The position numbers and the translations under genes are program-made. Under the pieces are notes generated by a model. That model ran no database searches and was not told the DNA's origin. It was given only the letters and a program-made list of their open reading frames with translations. Below, piece by piece: positions 7,813 through 16,354 of a DNA stretch of 47,542 nucleotides; the stretch's first letter is position 1; each line of letters begins with the position of its first letter. Source of the stretch: Ruminococcus sp. UBA4350 (GTDB lineage Bacteria > Bacillota > Clostridia > Oscillospirales > Ruminococcaceae); contig DGSY01000021.1 in the NCBI GenBank assembly GCA_002394125.1, forward strand, positions 1 through 47,542, given 5' to 3'.

Positions 7813-8490
7813 CTATATATGCGTAAGGGAAGCGGCGCAGGAGATGATGAAATCATACAGTCCGTGCGCGATGATGACAGAAAGCAGTGAGCAGTATCTG
7901 ATCTTCCGCCGGCAGACAGCCAGCACTGCGCCGATGAATGCCGTCAGAATGATCTGCACGATGCTGCCGCCGAACAGATGAAACAGTCCGAACAGCAGCG
8001 ATGAGAGCGCGATCGCCGGAACATCCGCTTTGCAGATGCGCCGGAGCTTGGTCAGGCAAAAGCCGCGGAATACATATTCCTCCGCCGCGCCGATCGCCAG
8101 CGTCTTATAGCAAAGCTCATAGAGATAGCGCCAGAGATCATGCCCGAAGCGGCAGCCGTTATCCCAGAGCGCGCCGAGACCGAGCGAATAGGGCGGCATC
8201 ACCAGCAGCAGCGCCAGCGCTCCGCCGATCGCAATGCCGATCAGAATTTGCTGCGGCAGCTTGCGGCGGCGAATGCCGTAAGCACGGAAGCTGTCCCGCC
8301 GGCAGCGCATGACGATCAGCGGAACGAGCGCGGTCAGCCAGTAGGTGACGAGCAGCAGGAGCATCCGCAGCACCATCGGCAGCGGCAGGATCAGCGGGAT
8401 CACCGCCGTAATGAGTACCGTCAGGCCGATGAATGCGCCGGCCATGCCGATACAGAGATCGAGCGCTTCTCTTTTGGCCGCGGGCTTCAC
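7813..8490 (-). CDS. CPBP-family (CAAX/Abi) intramembrane glutamic endopeptidase
   Basis: EEYVFRGF, FGLFHL and HGLYDF motifs in a polytopic membrane protein. GTG start overlaps the lgt stop (GTGA). Confidence 0.85.
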   Translation of the reverse strand: MKPAAKREALDLCIGMAGAFIGLTVLITAVIPLILPLPMVLRMLLLLVTYWLTALVPLIVMRCRRDSFRAYGIRRRKLPQQILIGIAIGGALALLLVMPPYSLGLGALWDNGCRFGHDLWRYLYELCYKTLAIGAAEEYVFRGFCLTKLRRICKADVPAIALSSLLFGLFHLFGGSIVQIILTAFIGAVLAVCRRKIRYCSLLSVIIAHGLYDFIISCAASLTHI

Positions 8491-9734
8491 TTTTTGTCAG
8501 TCCCCTGCCCTGCTTCGGATTCCGCCTTTGTCTTGGAGATGATCTCATTCAGCAGCGCTTCAATGCGGGCATCCTTTTCTGCGTTGATCTCCTCCTGTGT
8601 CTTCTCCGGTTTCGGCTCCGCAGATTCCTCTGCATCTGCCTCCGGCGCGGATACGACTGCGGATTCGTCAGCAGATTCGTCAGCGGATTTTTCATTCGGA
8701 ATATCAATGTCGATCAACATGGATTCCCGCTCCGCCGCATCGTCTCCGAGGATCGAGGGCGCGGATTCCTCCTCCGCATCATCCTTCGCGCTGCCCTTGC
8801 TGTTTCGTTCGTCGGCCTCTGCGAGCAGGCGCTTCGATTCCTCGGTGTTGACATAGAGCTGATAATCCGAGCCGAGGCGCTTTGTCCTTGCAAAGCCGAT
8901 GATGAGCAGGATCAGTGCGGCAGAGACCGAAATGACCGCGACAATCTGCGAGGCCTTAAGCGTTCCGGCATAGAGACTGTCCGTGCGGAGCGATTCGATG
9001 AAGAAGCGGCCGGTGCCGTACCAGATCACATACATCAGGAAGATCTGGCCGTCGAATTTCCGCGCCTTCTTCGAGACGATATGCAGAATAATAAAGCCGA
9101 GCAGACACCACATGGATTCATAGAAGAAGCAGGGGTGTACGGGCAGATCCGGATTGACGGAGCCGTCCGGATAATTCGCGCTGATCCATGCAGAGATCTT
9201 TCCGCTCGTCATGCCGAAGATATTGTCGGTATTCGAGCCGAATGCCTCATGGTTCATGAAATTGCCCCATCTGCCGATGCACTGGCCGATCAGAAAGCCG
9301 AGCGAGACCAGATCGAACATCGGGAGCAGGCGAACTTTGCGCAGCTTGCAGATAATCGAGCCGACCAGCAGCGCACCGATGATACCGCCGTAGATCGCGA
9401 GGCCGCCGCTGCGGATATTGAAGATCGCCTTCCAGTCGCCGGCGTAGCTGTCCCAGTGGAAGATGACATAATAGGCGCGGGCGCCGATGATGCCGCCGAT
9501 GATACCGCCGATGACGCCGTCGATCGCACGGTCGGAATCCAGACCGAATTTGCGCATCCGCGAGAATGCGTAGATCATTGCAAGCATCATGCCGACCGTG
9601 ATGAGCACGCCGTACCATGTGACGGAGAAGCCGAAAACGGTGAAGGCGGTGCTGTCAACGGTCAGCTCGATGCCGAGCTTCGGGAAGCTGATGCGGTTCG
9701 GATCGGTCGCCGCAAGCATAGCTGAAAGTGCCAT
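8487..9734 (-). CDS. lgt: Prolipoprotein diacylglyceryl transferase with long acidic C-terminal extension
   Basis: GLAIYGGIIGA, GRWGNFMNHEAFG and YESMW motifs. The last 130 aa or so are Glu/Asp/Ala/Ser-rich (SADESADESAVVSAPEADAEESAEP). Confidence 0.9.
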   Translation of the reverse strand: MALSAMLAATDPNRISFPKLGIELTVDSTAFTVFGFSVTWYGVLITVGMMLAMIYAFSRMRKFGLDSDRAIDGVIGGIIGGIIGARAYYVIFHWDSYAGDWKAIFNIRSGGLAIYGGIIGALLVGSIICKLRKVRLLPMFDLVSLGFLIGQCIGRWGNFMNHEAFGSNTDNIFGMTSGKISAWISANYPDGSVNPDLPVHPCFFYESMWCLLGFIILHIVSKKARKFDGQIFLMYVIWYGTGRFFIESLRTDSLYAGTLKASQIVAVISVSAALILLIIGFARTKRLGSDYQLYVNTEESKRLLAEADERNSKGSAKDDAEEESAPSILGDDAAERESMLIDIDIPNEKSADESADESAVVSAPEADAEESAEPKPEKTQEEINAEKDARIEALLNEIISKTKAESEAGQGTDKK

Positions 9735-9767
9735 ATCAAAAGATCATCCTTTCCTGTGAGATCAGAA

Positions 9768-11051
9768 TTACAGCGGAGCCGGCGCAATGACCGAAAGACA
9801 GGTGCGGTCTCTGCGGAAGCGTTCGCGCAGACAGCGGCAGACATCCTCTGTTGTGAGCGATGCGAGAAGCTGCGTCCGCAGATAGGGCGATTCGCAGTCC
9901 CACATGAATGCATCGGTCAGCGCGGTGCAGACGGATTCGGGATCGTTCATCCCGAGGATGCTGTCGCCGTAGGCCGCCTTTTTCAGTACGGAAAAGAGCG
10001 TTTCATCGATGCCCTCCCGCAGCACGCGCTCTGCCTCGGTGCAGATCGCATCCAGCACGGCCTGCGGATCGTCGGATTCGCCCTCCGCGAGCACCGCGAA
10101 CCAGCCGTCTCCGGCGAAGCATTCCGTATCGAATGTGTCATTGATGAGCCCGTCATGCAGCATTTTCTGGCAGAGCGGCGCAGCGCTGCCGGTCAGCAGA
10201 TCGAGTGTCAGCGAGCAGAGCAGCGATTCGCGGAGACGCGCTGTGCCGCTGAGCGGCCGGCTCTTGAATCCGATCATGAACTGCTGCTTGCCGACGGCCA
10301 TGCGCTGAGAAACGCGATTCTGCACCGGCATATCCGGCTCGGTCAGGAATACCGTTTCTGCATCCGGCAGGGGGACGGGCTTCACGAAGCGGTCAGCGAC
10401 CGCGAGAACCTGTTTCGCACTGACATTGCCTGCACAGCAGAGCACCATATTCTGCGGGTGATAGAAGATCCGGTGACACTGCCGGAGCAGCTCCGGCGTG
10501 ATCTCCATAATACTCTCCGGTGTTCCGAGAACATCCGGATAGAGCGGCAGCGTGTGGTACATCCCGCGGAGCAGCTGATTGAACACCTGACTTGCAGGAT
10601 CGTCGAGCATCTCCATGATCTCCTGCAAAATAATGCTGCGCTCACGCGAAACGGTTCGCTCCGTGAAATAGGGCGTCATGACGAATCGCAGCAGGATTCC
10701 CAGCGCCTTGTCAAAGCCGCGCTGCGTGTGGAAATGATAGACCGTGCGGTCAAAATCGGTGAATGCATTGCAGGCGGCGCCTAGCTCGTCAAAGCGAACT
10801 GCGATATCGCCGTCCTCCTTTTCAAAGAGCTTATGCTCCATGTAATGCGCGGTTCCGGCAGGGAGGAAAACGGTCTTTCCGTTTTCGCGGAAGCAGCGGT
10901 GGATCGAGCCGAAGCGCGTACTGAACTGCGCATAGGCGGTGCTGAATTCCGGCATTTCCGCGACGCGGATCTCCAGACCGGAGCTGTGGCGGATGCGGCA
11001 GCAGACATCGCCGGTGCAGGGATCGGTGAGGTAGTGAATCTCATTCTGCAT
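9768..11051 (-). CDS. M16 (pitrilysin/insulinase) family zinc peptidase, catalytic-type subunit
   Basis: HYMEH inverted zincin motif (H-x-x-E-H). Start at ATG 11051 (MQNEIHY) overlaps the upstream M16 gene by 11 nt. Confidence 0.8.
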   Translation of the reverse strand: MQNEIHYLTDPCTGDVCCRIRHSSGLEIRVAEMPEFSTAYAQFSTRFGSIHRCFRENGKTVFLPAGTAHYMEHKLFEKEDGDIAVRFDELGAACNAFTDFDRTVYHFHTQRGFDKALGILLRFVMTPYFTERTVSRERSIILQEIMEMLDDPASQVFNQLLRGMYHTLPLYPDVLGTPESIMEITPELLRQCHRIFYHPQNMVLCCAGNVSAKQVLAVADRFVKPVPLPDAETVFLTEPDMPVQNRVSQRMAVGKQQFMIGFKSRPLSGTARLRESLLCSLTLDLLTGSAAPLCQKMLHDGLINDTFDTECFAGDGWFAVLAEGESDDPQAVLDAICTEAERVLREGIDETLFSVLKKAAYGDSILGMNDPESVCTALTDAFMWDCESPYLRTQLLASLTTEDVCRCLRERFRRDRTCLSVIAPAPL

Positions 11052-12315
11052 CGAAAGCCGCCTCCTCTCTCTCCGCCCGCAGAACAAATACCGAATCAAG
11101 CCTGAGCTGCTTTGCGGCATCTGCGATCTGCGCGGGGGTGACGGCCTGCATTGCGGCAGTCAGTTCATCTGCGGAGCGGGGATCCTCATGCTGTAAGCGG
11201 TTGATCTCCTCCGCAGCGAGGTCATAGGGCGAATCCGAAGCCGCCGCCGCACGGCAGGCATAGCGCAGGATCGCCTTCTGCATCATCTTCTCTGAAAATC
11301 GGCCGTTCCGGATCGCTTCGATCTGTGTATCAATGCCGATCCGGAGCGCGCCGATATTGGCGGCATTGGTTCCGGTATCAATGGTGATTGCCTGCTTGCC
11401 GGAGCTGCATTCCAGACAGCAGTAATAGCAGAGACCGTATTTTTCGCGCAGCTCGGTAAAGAGCAGCGCATCGGAATTCCAGCCGAGGATGCCGCAAAGC
11501 ATCAGCAGCACCTCGCGGGGGATACTGTCATATTTATATGTCACGGCGAGCTTGGTCTGACCGACCGGGAGCAGCTCCTCCTGATAAGCGCAGCGCTGCT
11601 TTTTCGGGCTGGGAACATGAAAGCAGAATGTCTCCGGTGTGCGCGGAACGGCGGAAAAGCATTCCCGCAGCTTTTCTGCGATCTGCGGCTTCGGCTGGGG
11701 CAGCACACAGACGATCTCGATCTGTGAGGTCCGCAGGATCTCCTGCCAGAGCCGGAATGCCTCCTCCGGCGCGGCGTTCTCCGCATCACGGCGCAGGCCG
11801 GTCGGCGGGATCGCGGCGGGCTCATCGGCATATGCGAGCGCAGCGGCGCGGCGGAGCGTATAAATACGCTTGTCATTGCAGGCGCAGTCGATATCGTCAA
11901 GCAGATTCTGCTTTGCGATGCGGAATTCAGGATCGCAGAATGCACCGTTTTCCGCATTCGGATGCAGGAGCGCGCCGGTCACGAGCGAGAGCATGGCATC
12001 GGTGACGGATTCGCCGCCGAGTGCAAGATCGTCATTCAGCCATGAGGCGGTGAGATCGAGCGCGGCATCATCGCCGCAGAGGGAGAGCTTGCCGCAGAAT
12101 TCGGCAGCATAGAGCGATTCCAGCGCGAGCGTCATGGATGCGGATGAGGGGAATGCCGCCGAGGATGCGGTCAGCAGATCGGGCAGCAGCGCATGAATCG
12201 GTGCTGTTTGCTGACTGCGGTGAACATAGAACAGGATGTTCAGCAGACAGCTGCGGAATTTCGGATCATGAATTTCCGTATACCGGATGCCGTTTCCGAG
12301 CATCATTTCCGGCAT
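11041..12315 (-). CDS. M16-family peptidase-like protein lacking HxxEH (non-catalytic partner)
   Basis: Same length and architecture as the M16 partner but no HxxEH motif. ATG 12315 with AAAGGAG RBS. Translationally coupled to 9768-11051. Confidence 0.7.
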   Translation of the reverse strand: MPEMMLGNGIRYTEIHDPKFRSCLLNILFYVHRSQQTAPIHALLPDLLTASSAAFPSSASMTLALESLYAAEFCGKLSLCGDDAALDLTASWLNDDLALGGESVTDAMLSLVTGALLHPNAENGAFCDPEFRIAKQNLLDDIDCACNDKRIYTLRRAAALAYADEPAAIPPTGLRRDAENAAPEEAFRLWQEILRTSQIEIVCVLPQPKPQIAEKLRECFSAVPRTPETFCFHVPSPKKQRCAYQEELLPVGQTKLAVTYKYDSIPREVLLMLCGILGWNSDALLFTELREKYGLCYYCCLECSSGKQAITIDTGTNAANIGALRIGIDTQIEAIRNGRFSEKMMQKAILRYACRAAAASDSPYDLAAEEINRLQHEDPRSADELTAAMQAVTPAQIADAAKQLRLDSVFVLRAEREEAAFDAE

Positions 12316-12601
12316 GGCATTTGCTCCTTTCTCTCTATATGGTACATACAGATTTATTATAGCACATTCCGGCCGAAAAAGCAAGCGCTGAAAGAAGAAG
12401 CGGAGTGGCCGACCGGGGATTTTTCAGCACGCTTCCGGCGATGTCATCCAAAGTTCAGGTGCGCGGCAGCCCCATAAAAACGGTTTACCTGATTTTTCCT
12501 GAAAAAACGCGCATAATCGCATCCCGCGGTGATATAATACAAAGGCAGACGCGGTGCCGCAAAGCGGTCTGCGCTGCAAATTCCGCGAAATGAGGAAATC
12601 A

Positions 12602-12814
12602 ATGATGTGGGATAAGCTTGCTTTGATTCTGCTGGTGATCGGCGGGATCAACTGGGGGCTTGTCGGTATTTTTGAGCTGGATCTTGTCGCATGGATGTTC
12701 GGCGGTGCCGCATCCGTCGTGAGCAGACTGATCTACATTCTGGTGGCGCTTTCCGCCGTCTGGTGTATTTCGTTCCTGTTCCGCGACCGCTCTCCGGCAC
12801 GGCTGGAGGCCTGA
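12602..12814 (+). CDS. DUF378-family small membrane protein
   Basis: MMWDKLALILLVIGGINWGLVGIF...VSRLIYILVALSAV is the typical DUF378 pattern. GAGGAAA RBS before ATG 12602. Confidence 0.8.
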   Translation: MMWDKLALILLVIGGINWGLVGIFELDLVAWMFGGAASVVSRLIYILVALSAVWCISFLFRDRSPARLEA

Positions 12815-12835
12815 TCCCTCAGCCCCCTCAGATCA

Positions 12836-12875
12836 AACCCCTGTGTGCGGCGCCGCCGGATGCAGGGGTTTTCTC
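12836..12875 (+). terminator. Intrinsic terminator after the DUF378 gene
   Basis: AACCCCTG ... CAGGGGTT stem followed by TTTCT. Confidence 0.65.
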
Positions 12876-12962
12876 TGCGGCAGAATCCGACAGATTTCCC
12901 TTCGCGATATGCCCAAATTTTGAAAAAAGATTCGTACAGATTGACAAAATGTTCTTTGAGAC

Positions 12963-12991
12963 TTGCGTTTTTGCGCAAAATATGATATACT
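12963..12991 (+). promoter_or_regulatory. Putative sigma-A promoter for the aldose-epimerase-family gene
   Basis: TTGCGT - 17 nt - TATACT with TG at the extended -10 position, about 60 nt before ATG 13055. Confidence 0.45.
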
Positions 12992-13054
12992 GAATTGAAT
13001 GGAATATTCTGTGCTGAAACAGACAGTTTATAACAGAAGGAGGATACCTGTATC

Positions 13055-14059
13055 ATGAATACAACTCAGCAAACTACCCTCAACGGTACGCCCTGCATTA
13101 TGCTCTCCTCCGGCGGATATGAGGCATATATCGCCTATGAGCTCGGCTCCAATGTCATCCGTCTGCGTGACACCGTTCACGGGATCGATGTGTTCCGCTT
13201 CTCGCCGGATAACACGCCAGAGATCCTGCGCCAGTCCGCAGAGGTCTGGGGACTGCCCTCGCTCTATCTGCCGAACCGCTTTGCAGACGGCGTCCTGAAA
13301 ACATCTGATGCAGTTTATCATCTTCCTGTCAACGAGGCCGCGCCCTACAATAACCATATCCACGGCTTCCTGCATAAGCGCGTCTATGAGGTCGTTTCGC
13401 ATCACGCAGACGAGAACTGCGCCGTTGTCAAGACCGCTTATAACTATGATGAGAACGATCCGTTCTTTGAGTATCTCCCGCTCCGCTTCCGCGTTGAGCT
13501 GACCTTTACCCTCAGCGAATACGGTCTGGAGCATAAGTTTGCGATCTTCAATCTTTCGGATAAGGCACTGCCGATTTCCTTTGCAACGCATACGACCATT
13601 CAGGCGCCGTTCCTTGACGGCGCAAAGCCGGAGAATATGCGGCTGACCGTTCCGATCGGAAAGCGCTGCGAGCTGAATGAGCGCTGCCTGCCGACCGAGC
13701 GCCTGCTTGATCTCAAGCTCTCCGACCTCGAATACAAGAACGGAACGAAATGCCCGGTGCTCCAGAATCTTGATAATGATATGTATCAGGCGGAATCCGG
13801 CAAGCTCGGCGATCAGGACTTCTACGGCGTGATCGTTGAGGATGAGCCGAGCGGCAGAAAGATCTGCTATGAGGTCTCGCCGGAGTATAAATTCTGGATC
13901 ATCTGGAATGACAAGGGTTTCAACGGCTATTTCTGCCCGGAGCCAATGACCGCAATGATCGACGCACCGAATCTCGATCTGCCGCCCGAAGTGACCGGCT
14001 ATCAGGAATTGAAGCCGCACGGTGTCTTTGAGGCGAACCAGAGATTCTTCACGGTCTGA
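13055..14059 (+). CDS. Aldose 1-epimerase (galactose mutarotase-like) family protein
   Basis: NNHIHGFLH, FATHTTIQAPF and FCPEPMT motifs. AGGAGG RBS. Confidence 0.8.
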   Translation: MNTTQQTTLNGTPCIMLSSGGYEAYIAYELGSNVIRLRDTVHGIDVFRFSPDNTPEILRQSAEVWGLPSLYLPNRFADGVLKTSDAVYHLPVNEAAPYNNHIHGFLHKRVYEVVSHHADENCAVVKTAYNYDENDPFFEYLPLRFRVELTFTLSEYGLEHKFAIFNLSDKALPISFATHTTIQAPFLDGAKPENMRLTVPIGKRCELNERCLPTERLLDLKLSDLEYKNGTKCPVLQNLDNDMYQAESGKLGDQDFYGVIVEDEPSGRKICYEVSPEYKFWIIWNDKGFNGYFCPEPMTAMIDAPNLDLPPEVTGYQELKPHGVFEANQRFFTV

Positions 14060-14072
14060 TCTGTTACATCAA

Positions 14073-14116
14073 CTGCCCGGAAGCTGAAAGCGGCTTTCGG
14101 GCGGTTTGTTTTTTTA
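14073..14116 (+). terminator. Intrinsic terminator after the aldose-epimerase-family gene
   Basis: CTGCCCGGAAGC / GCTTTCGGGCGG stem (wobbles allowed) followed by TTTGTTTTTTT. Confidence 0.7.
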
Positions 14117-14134
14117 CACGCAACAGACAGTTTC

Positions 14135-14163
14135 TTGCAAAGCCGCAGCAGATATGCTATAAT
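14135..14163 (+). promoter_or_regulatory. Sigma-A promoter for the XRE/zinc-ribbon regulator
   Basis: TTGCAA - 17 nt - TATAAT with TGc extended -10. Confidence 0.65.
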
Positions 14164-14183
14164 AACAGTGAGGTGAGGACATT

Positions 14184-14627
14184 ATGCAAACAAAGGATAT
14201 CATTCAGGAGCTGCGGAACAAGCACGGCTATTCGCAGGAAACGCTGGCCGAAAAGGTCTTTGTCACGCGGCAGGCTGTCTCACGCTGGGAGACCGGCGAG
14301 ACCGTCCCGAATACGGAAACACTGAAGCTGCTCTCGAAGCTGTTCGACGTTTCGATCAATACGCTGCTCGGCTCTCCGAGAACGCTGATCTGTCAGTGCT
14401 GCGGAATGCCGCTCGAAGATGCCGCGATCAGCCGTGAGCCGGACGGCAGCATGAACGAGAGCTACTGCAAATGGTGCTATGCAGACGGTAAATTTGTTTA
14501 TACCGATATGGATGCGATGATCGCATTTCTGTCACAGCACATGGCGAGCGAGGAGCATCCGGCAGAGCAGGTGCGGGAATATCTGACAGCATTCCTGCCG
14601 ACGCTGGAGCACTGGAAGCAGTCCTGA
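14184..14627 (+). CDS. XRE-family HTH transcriptional regulator with C-terminal zinc-ribbon domain
   Basis: The N-terminus GYSQETLAEKVFVTRQAVSRWETGETVPN is an HTH_3 pattern. The C-terminus has CQCCGMPL ... YCKWCY. Confidence 0.85.
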   Translation: MQTKDIIQELRNKHGYSQETLAEKVFVTRQAVSRWETGETVPNTETLKLLSKLFDVSINTLLGSPRTLICQCCGMPLEDAAISREPDGSMNESYCKWCYADGKFVYTDMDAMIAFLSQHMASEEHPAEQVREYLTAFLPTLEHWKQS

Positions 14628-14647
14628 CGCATCCTGAAAAAACGCAG

Positions 14648-14674
14648 GCCCCGGAGCAATCAAGGCTCCGGGGC
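14648..14674. terminator. Shared hairpin terminator between convergent regulator and upp genes
   Basis: GCCCCGGAGC - 7 nt - GCTCCGGGGC is a perfect 10-bp stem. TTTG follows on the plus strand and a T-run lies 5 nt away on the minus strand. Confidence 0.6.
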
Positions 14675-14691
14675 TTTGCCTGCATAAGATA

Positions 14692-15321
14692 TCAGTCCGT
14701 ACCGAAAATGCGGTCGCCGGCATCGCCGAGACCGGGCACGATATAAGCGTTTTCATTCAGATGATCGTCGAGGCAGCCGATGTAAATGTCAATATCCGGA
14801 TGCGCCTCCTGCAAAGCCTTGAGTCCCTCCGGCGCAGCAATCACGCACATGAACTTGATCTGTGAGCAGCCCTTCGATTTCAGGAAATCGACCGCCTGAA
14901 TCGCGGAGCCGCCCGTCGCAAGCATCGGATCCGGAACGATGACAAGCCGATCCTCGATGCCGGCCGGCAGCTTGCTGTAATACTCATGCGGCTCGTGTGT
15001 CTCCTCATCGCGGTAAAGTCCGATGTGGCCGACCTTTGCAGCAGGGATCAGGCGGAGAATGCCGTCCGTCATGCCGAGACCTGCGCGCAGGATCGGAACG
15101 ACTGCGGGTTTCTTTCCGGTCAGCACGGGCTCCTCCGCCGTTGCGACCGGTGTTTTGACAGTGATGCGTGTCATCGACAGGTCGCGCAGTGCTTCATAGG
15201 TCATCAGCATTGCGACCTCCTCAACAAGAATGCGGAAATCTCTTGTACCGGTGCGCTCATCGCGCATCAGCGTGATCTTGTGCCGGATCAGCGGATGATC
15301 CAAAATGATAGTCTTGCCCAT
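14692..15321 (-). CDS. upp: Uracil phosphoribosyltransferase
   Basis: [31 protein letters not shown] and [12 protein letters not shown] motifs. Confidence 0.95.
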   Translation of the reverse strand: MGKTIILDHPLIRHKITLMRDERTGTRDFRILVEEVAMLMTYEALRDLSMTRITVKTPVATAEEPVLTGKKPAVVPILRAGLGMTDGILRLIPAAKVGHIGLYRDEETHEPHEYYSKLPAGIEDRLVIVPDPMLATGGSAIQAVDFLKSKGCSQIKFMCVIAAPEGLKALQEAHPDIDIYIGCLDDHLNENAYIVPGLGDAGDRIFGTD

Positions 15322-15371
15322 AATCTGACCGTCCTTTCGCTTTTTTTCGGATCGCTCAGCGTTCCGATACT

Positions 15372-15400
15372 ATTATAGCACAGATCGGCACGGATTGCAA
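15372..15400 (-). promoter_or_regulatory. Sigma-A promoter for upp
   Basis: Minus strand reads TTGCAA - 17 nt - TATAAT. The leader is short, about 45 nt. Confidence 0.65.
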
Positions 15401-15488
15401 GTGCTGAATCAGAATTCTGTTTTGTACGGACATCCTTCTGACGAAACACAAAGTTGTCTGCATGAAATACGGAATCACAATCCCCCTG

Positions 15489-15692
15489 AAAAAGAAAAAT
15501 CACTGCCGGAGCAGTGATAAAACTATATTTGCTTTCGCACCAGTTTTACAGAGAAGCAAATGTGTACCGGCATTTGCTTCAGATGCATCGAAATTGCCGT
15601 ACGGAGAGGGTTTTCAGCGAGAGGGGAGGCTGAAAATGACTGCGCTTCCGATGCCGGATGTTTTCTGCAAGGATGAGGTTCATCTCATCTAT
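15489..15692 (-). ncRNA. Candidate ~200-nt small RNA (antisense to a 44-codon ORF), unknown family
   Basis: It is bounded by a consensus promoter (15699-15727) and an intrinsic terminator: ATCACTGC-CGGA/TCCG-GCAGTGAT at 15499-18, then TTTTTCTTTTT. Internal perfect hairpins are GAAGCAAATG/CATTTGCTTC and TTTTCAGC/GCTGAAAA. C-rich segments CCUCCCCUCUC and CCCUCUCC are present. Confidence 0.45.
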
Positions 15693-15770
15693 GGCCTTAT
15701 TATAGCATACTTGACTGTACAATTCAATGATGAATTGTACTGTAACACTGTTATTTTATCTCCATTTTGA
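15636..15770 (+). CDS. Candidate 44-aa small protein (MTALPMPDVFCKDEVHLIYGLIIAYLTVQFNDELYCNTVILSPF)
   Basis: GGAGG sits 6 nt before ATG 15636. One short hydrophobic stretch (HLIYGLIIAYLTV). No convincing plus-strand promoter was found. The RBS and first 19 codons are covered by the minus-strand RNA. Confidence 0.3.
   Translation: MTALPMPDVFCKDEVHLIYGLIIAYLTVQFNDELYCNTVILSPF
15699..15727 (-). promoter_or_regulatory. Sigma-A promoter of the candidate small RNA
   Basis: Minus strand reads TTGAAT - 17 nt - TATAAT with TGc extended -10. The -35 overlaps a perfect 10-bp palindrome (15717-15740). Confidence 0.55.
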
Positions 15771-15854
15771 AATATCCGGCCGAATTATCACAGATTGTAT
15801 AATGTATAATTGCAAATAATACGGGGAATATAACGGCAGATAGGAGATGAGATC

Positions 15855-16331
15855 ATGACAAAAATGATTCATTCACAGGGCGCAAGAGAGCTCGCGCCGC
15901 AGGCCTATGCCGCAATGGTCGCACGCGCCTCCCGCCGCACGGATGTGAGCATGACGGTGCTGAAAGCGTTTCTGATCGGCGGGAGCATCTGCACAGCCGG
16001 TGAGCTGCTGCGGCAGATCCTGCTGCAAAGCGGTCTGGAGCAGGATGCCGCATCCGCATGGACATCGGTGATTCTCGTGTTCATTGCGGCGCTGCTGACC
16101 GGCACGGGGCTTTATCAGAAGCTCGCAAAGCACGGCGGCGCGGGAACGCTCGTTCCGGTCACAGGCTTCGCGAATGCAGTCGCGGCGGCGGCGGTCGAGG
16201 CAAAGACCGAGGGCTATGTTACGGGCATCGGCACGAAGATCTTCACGATCGCGGGGCCGGTCATTCTCTACGGCACAGCGGCATCTGTCGTCTACGGCCT
16301 GCTCTATTACCTTTGGCTGCACATCATCTAA
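15855..16331 (+). CDS. spoVAC: Stage V sporulation protein AC
   Basis: SpoVAC/SpoVAEB pattern: GGAGTLVPVTGFANAVAAAAVEAKTEGYVTGIGTKIFTIAGPVILYG. TAGGAGA RBS. Confidence 0.85.
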   Translation: MTKMIHSQGARELAPQAYAAMVARASRRTDVSMTVLKAFLIGGSICTAGELLRQILLQSGLEQDAASAWTSVILVFIAALLTGTGLYQKLAKHGGAGTLVPVTGFANAVAAAAVEAKTEGYVTGIGTKIFTIAGPVILYGTAASVVYGLLYYLWLHII

Positions 16332-16354
16332 CCTGCCGACACGTTGGTTATGCG

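Noticed and set aside
8433-9725. 430-aa plus-strand ORF opposite lgt, and similar antisense ORFs at 13028-14020, 23606-25081, 24970-26034, 36270-37526, 38296-39561, 39902-41302 and 18565-19242
   Set aside because: Each overlaps a motif-supported gene on the other strand. Their compositions are Arg/Ala/Asp-biased and they lack SD sequences.
12385-12601. Possible regulatory RNA in the spacer between the M16 peptidase pair and the DUF378 gene
   Set aside because: Only weak hairpins and an extended -10 (TGATATAAT) are visible. There is no terminator-bounded unit or recognisable riboswitch core.
15322-15480. PyrR-type attenuator upstream of upp
   Set aside because: The consensus promoter at 15372-15400 leaves only a leader of about 45 nt. 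No PyrR binding loop (ARUCCAGAGAGG-like) or terminator/antiterminator pair is present.
15462-15770. Full 102-aa plus-strand ORF from the track
   Set aside because: The upstream 58 codons have no RBS and run through hairpins and the minus-strand terminator. Only the internal 44-codon ORF with the GGAGG RBS was kept, and at low confidence.
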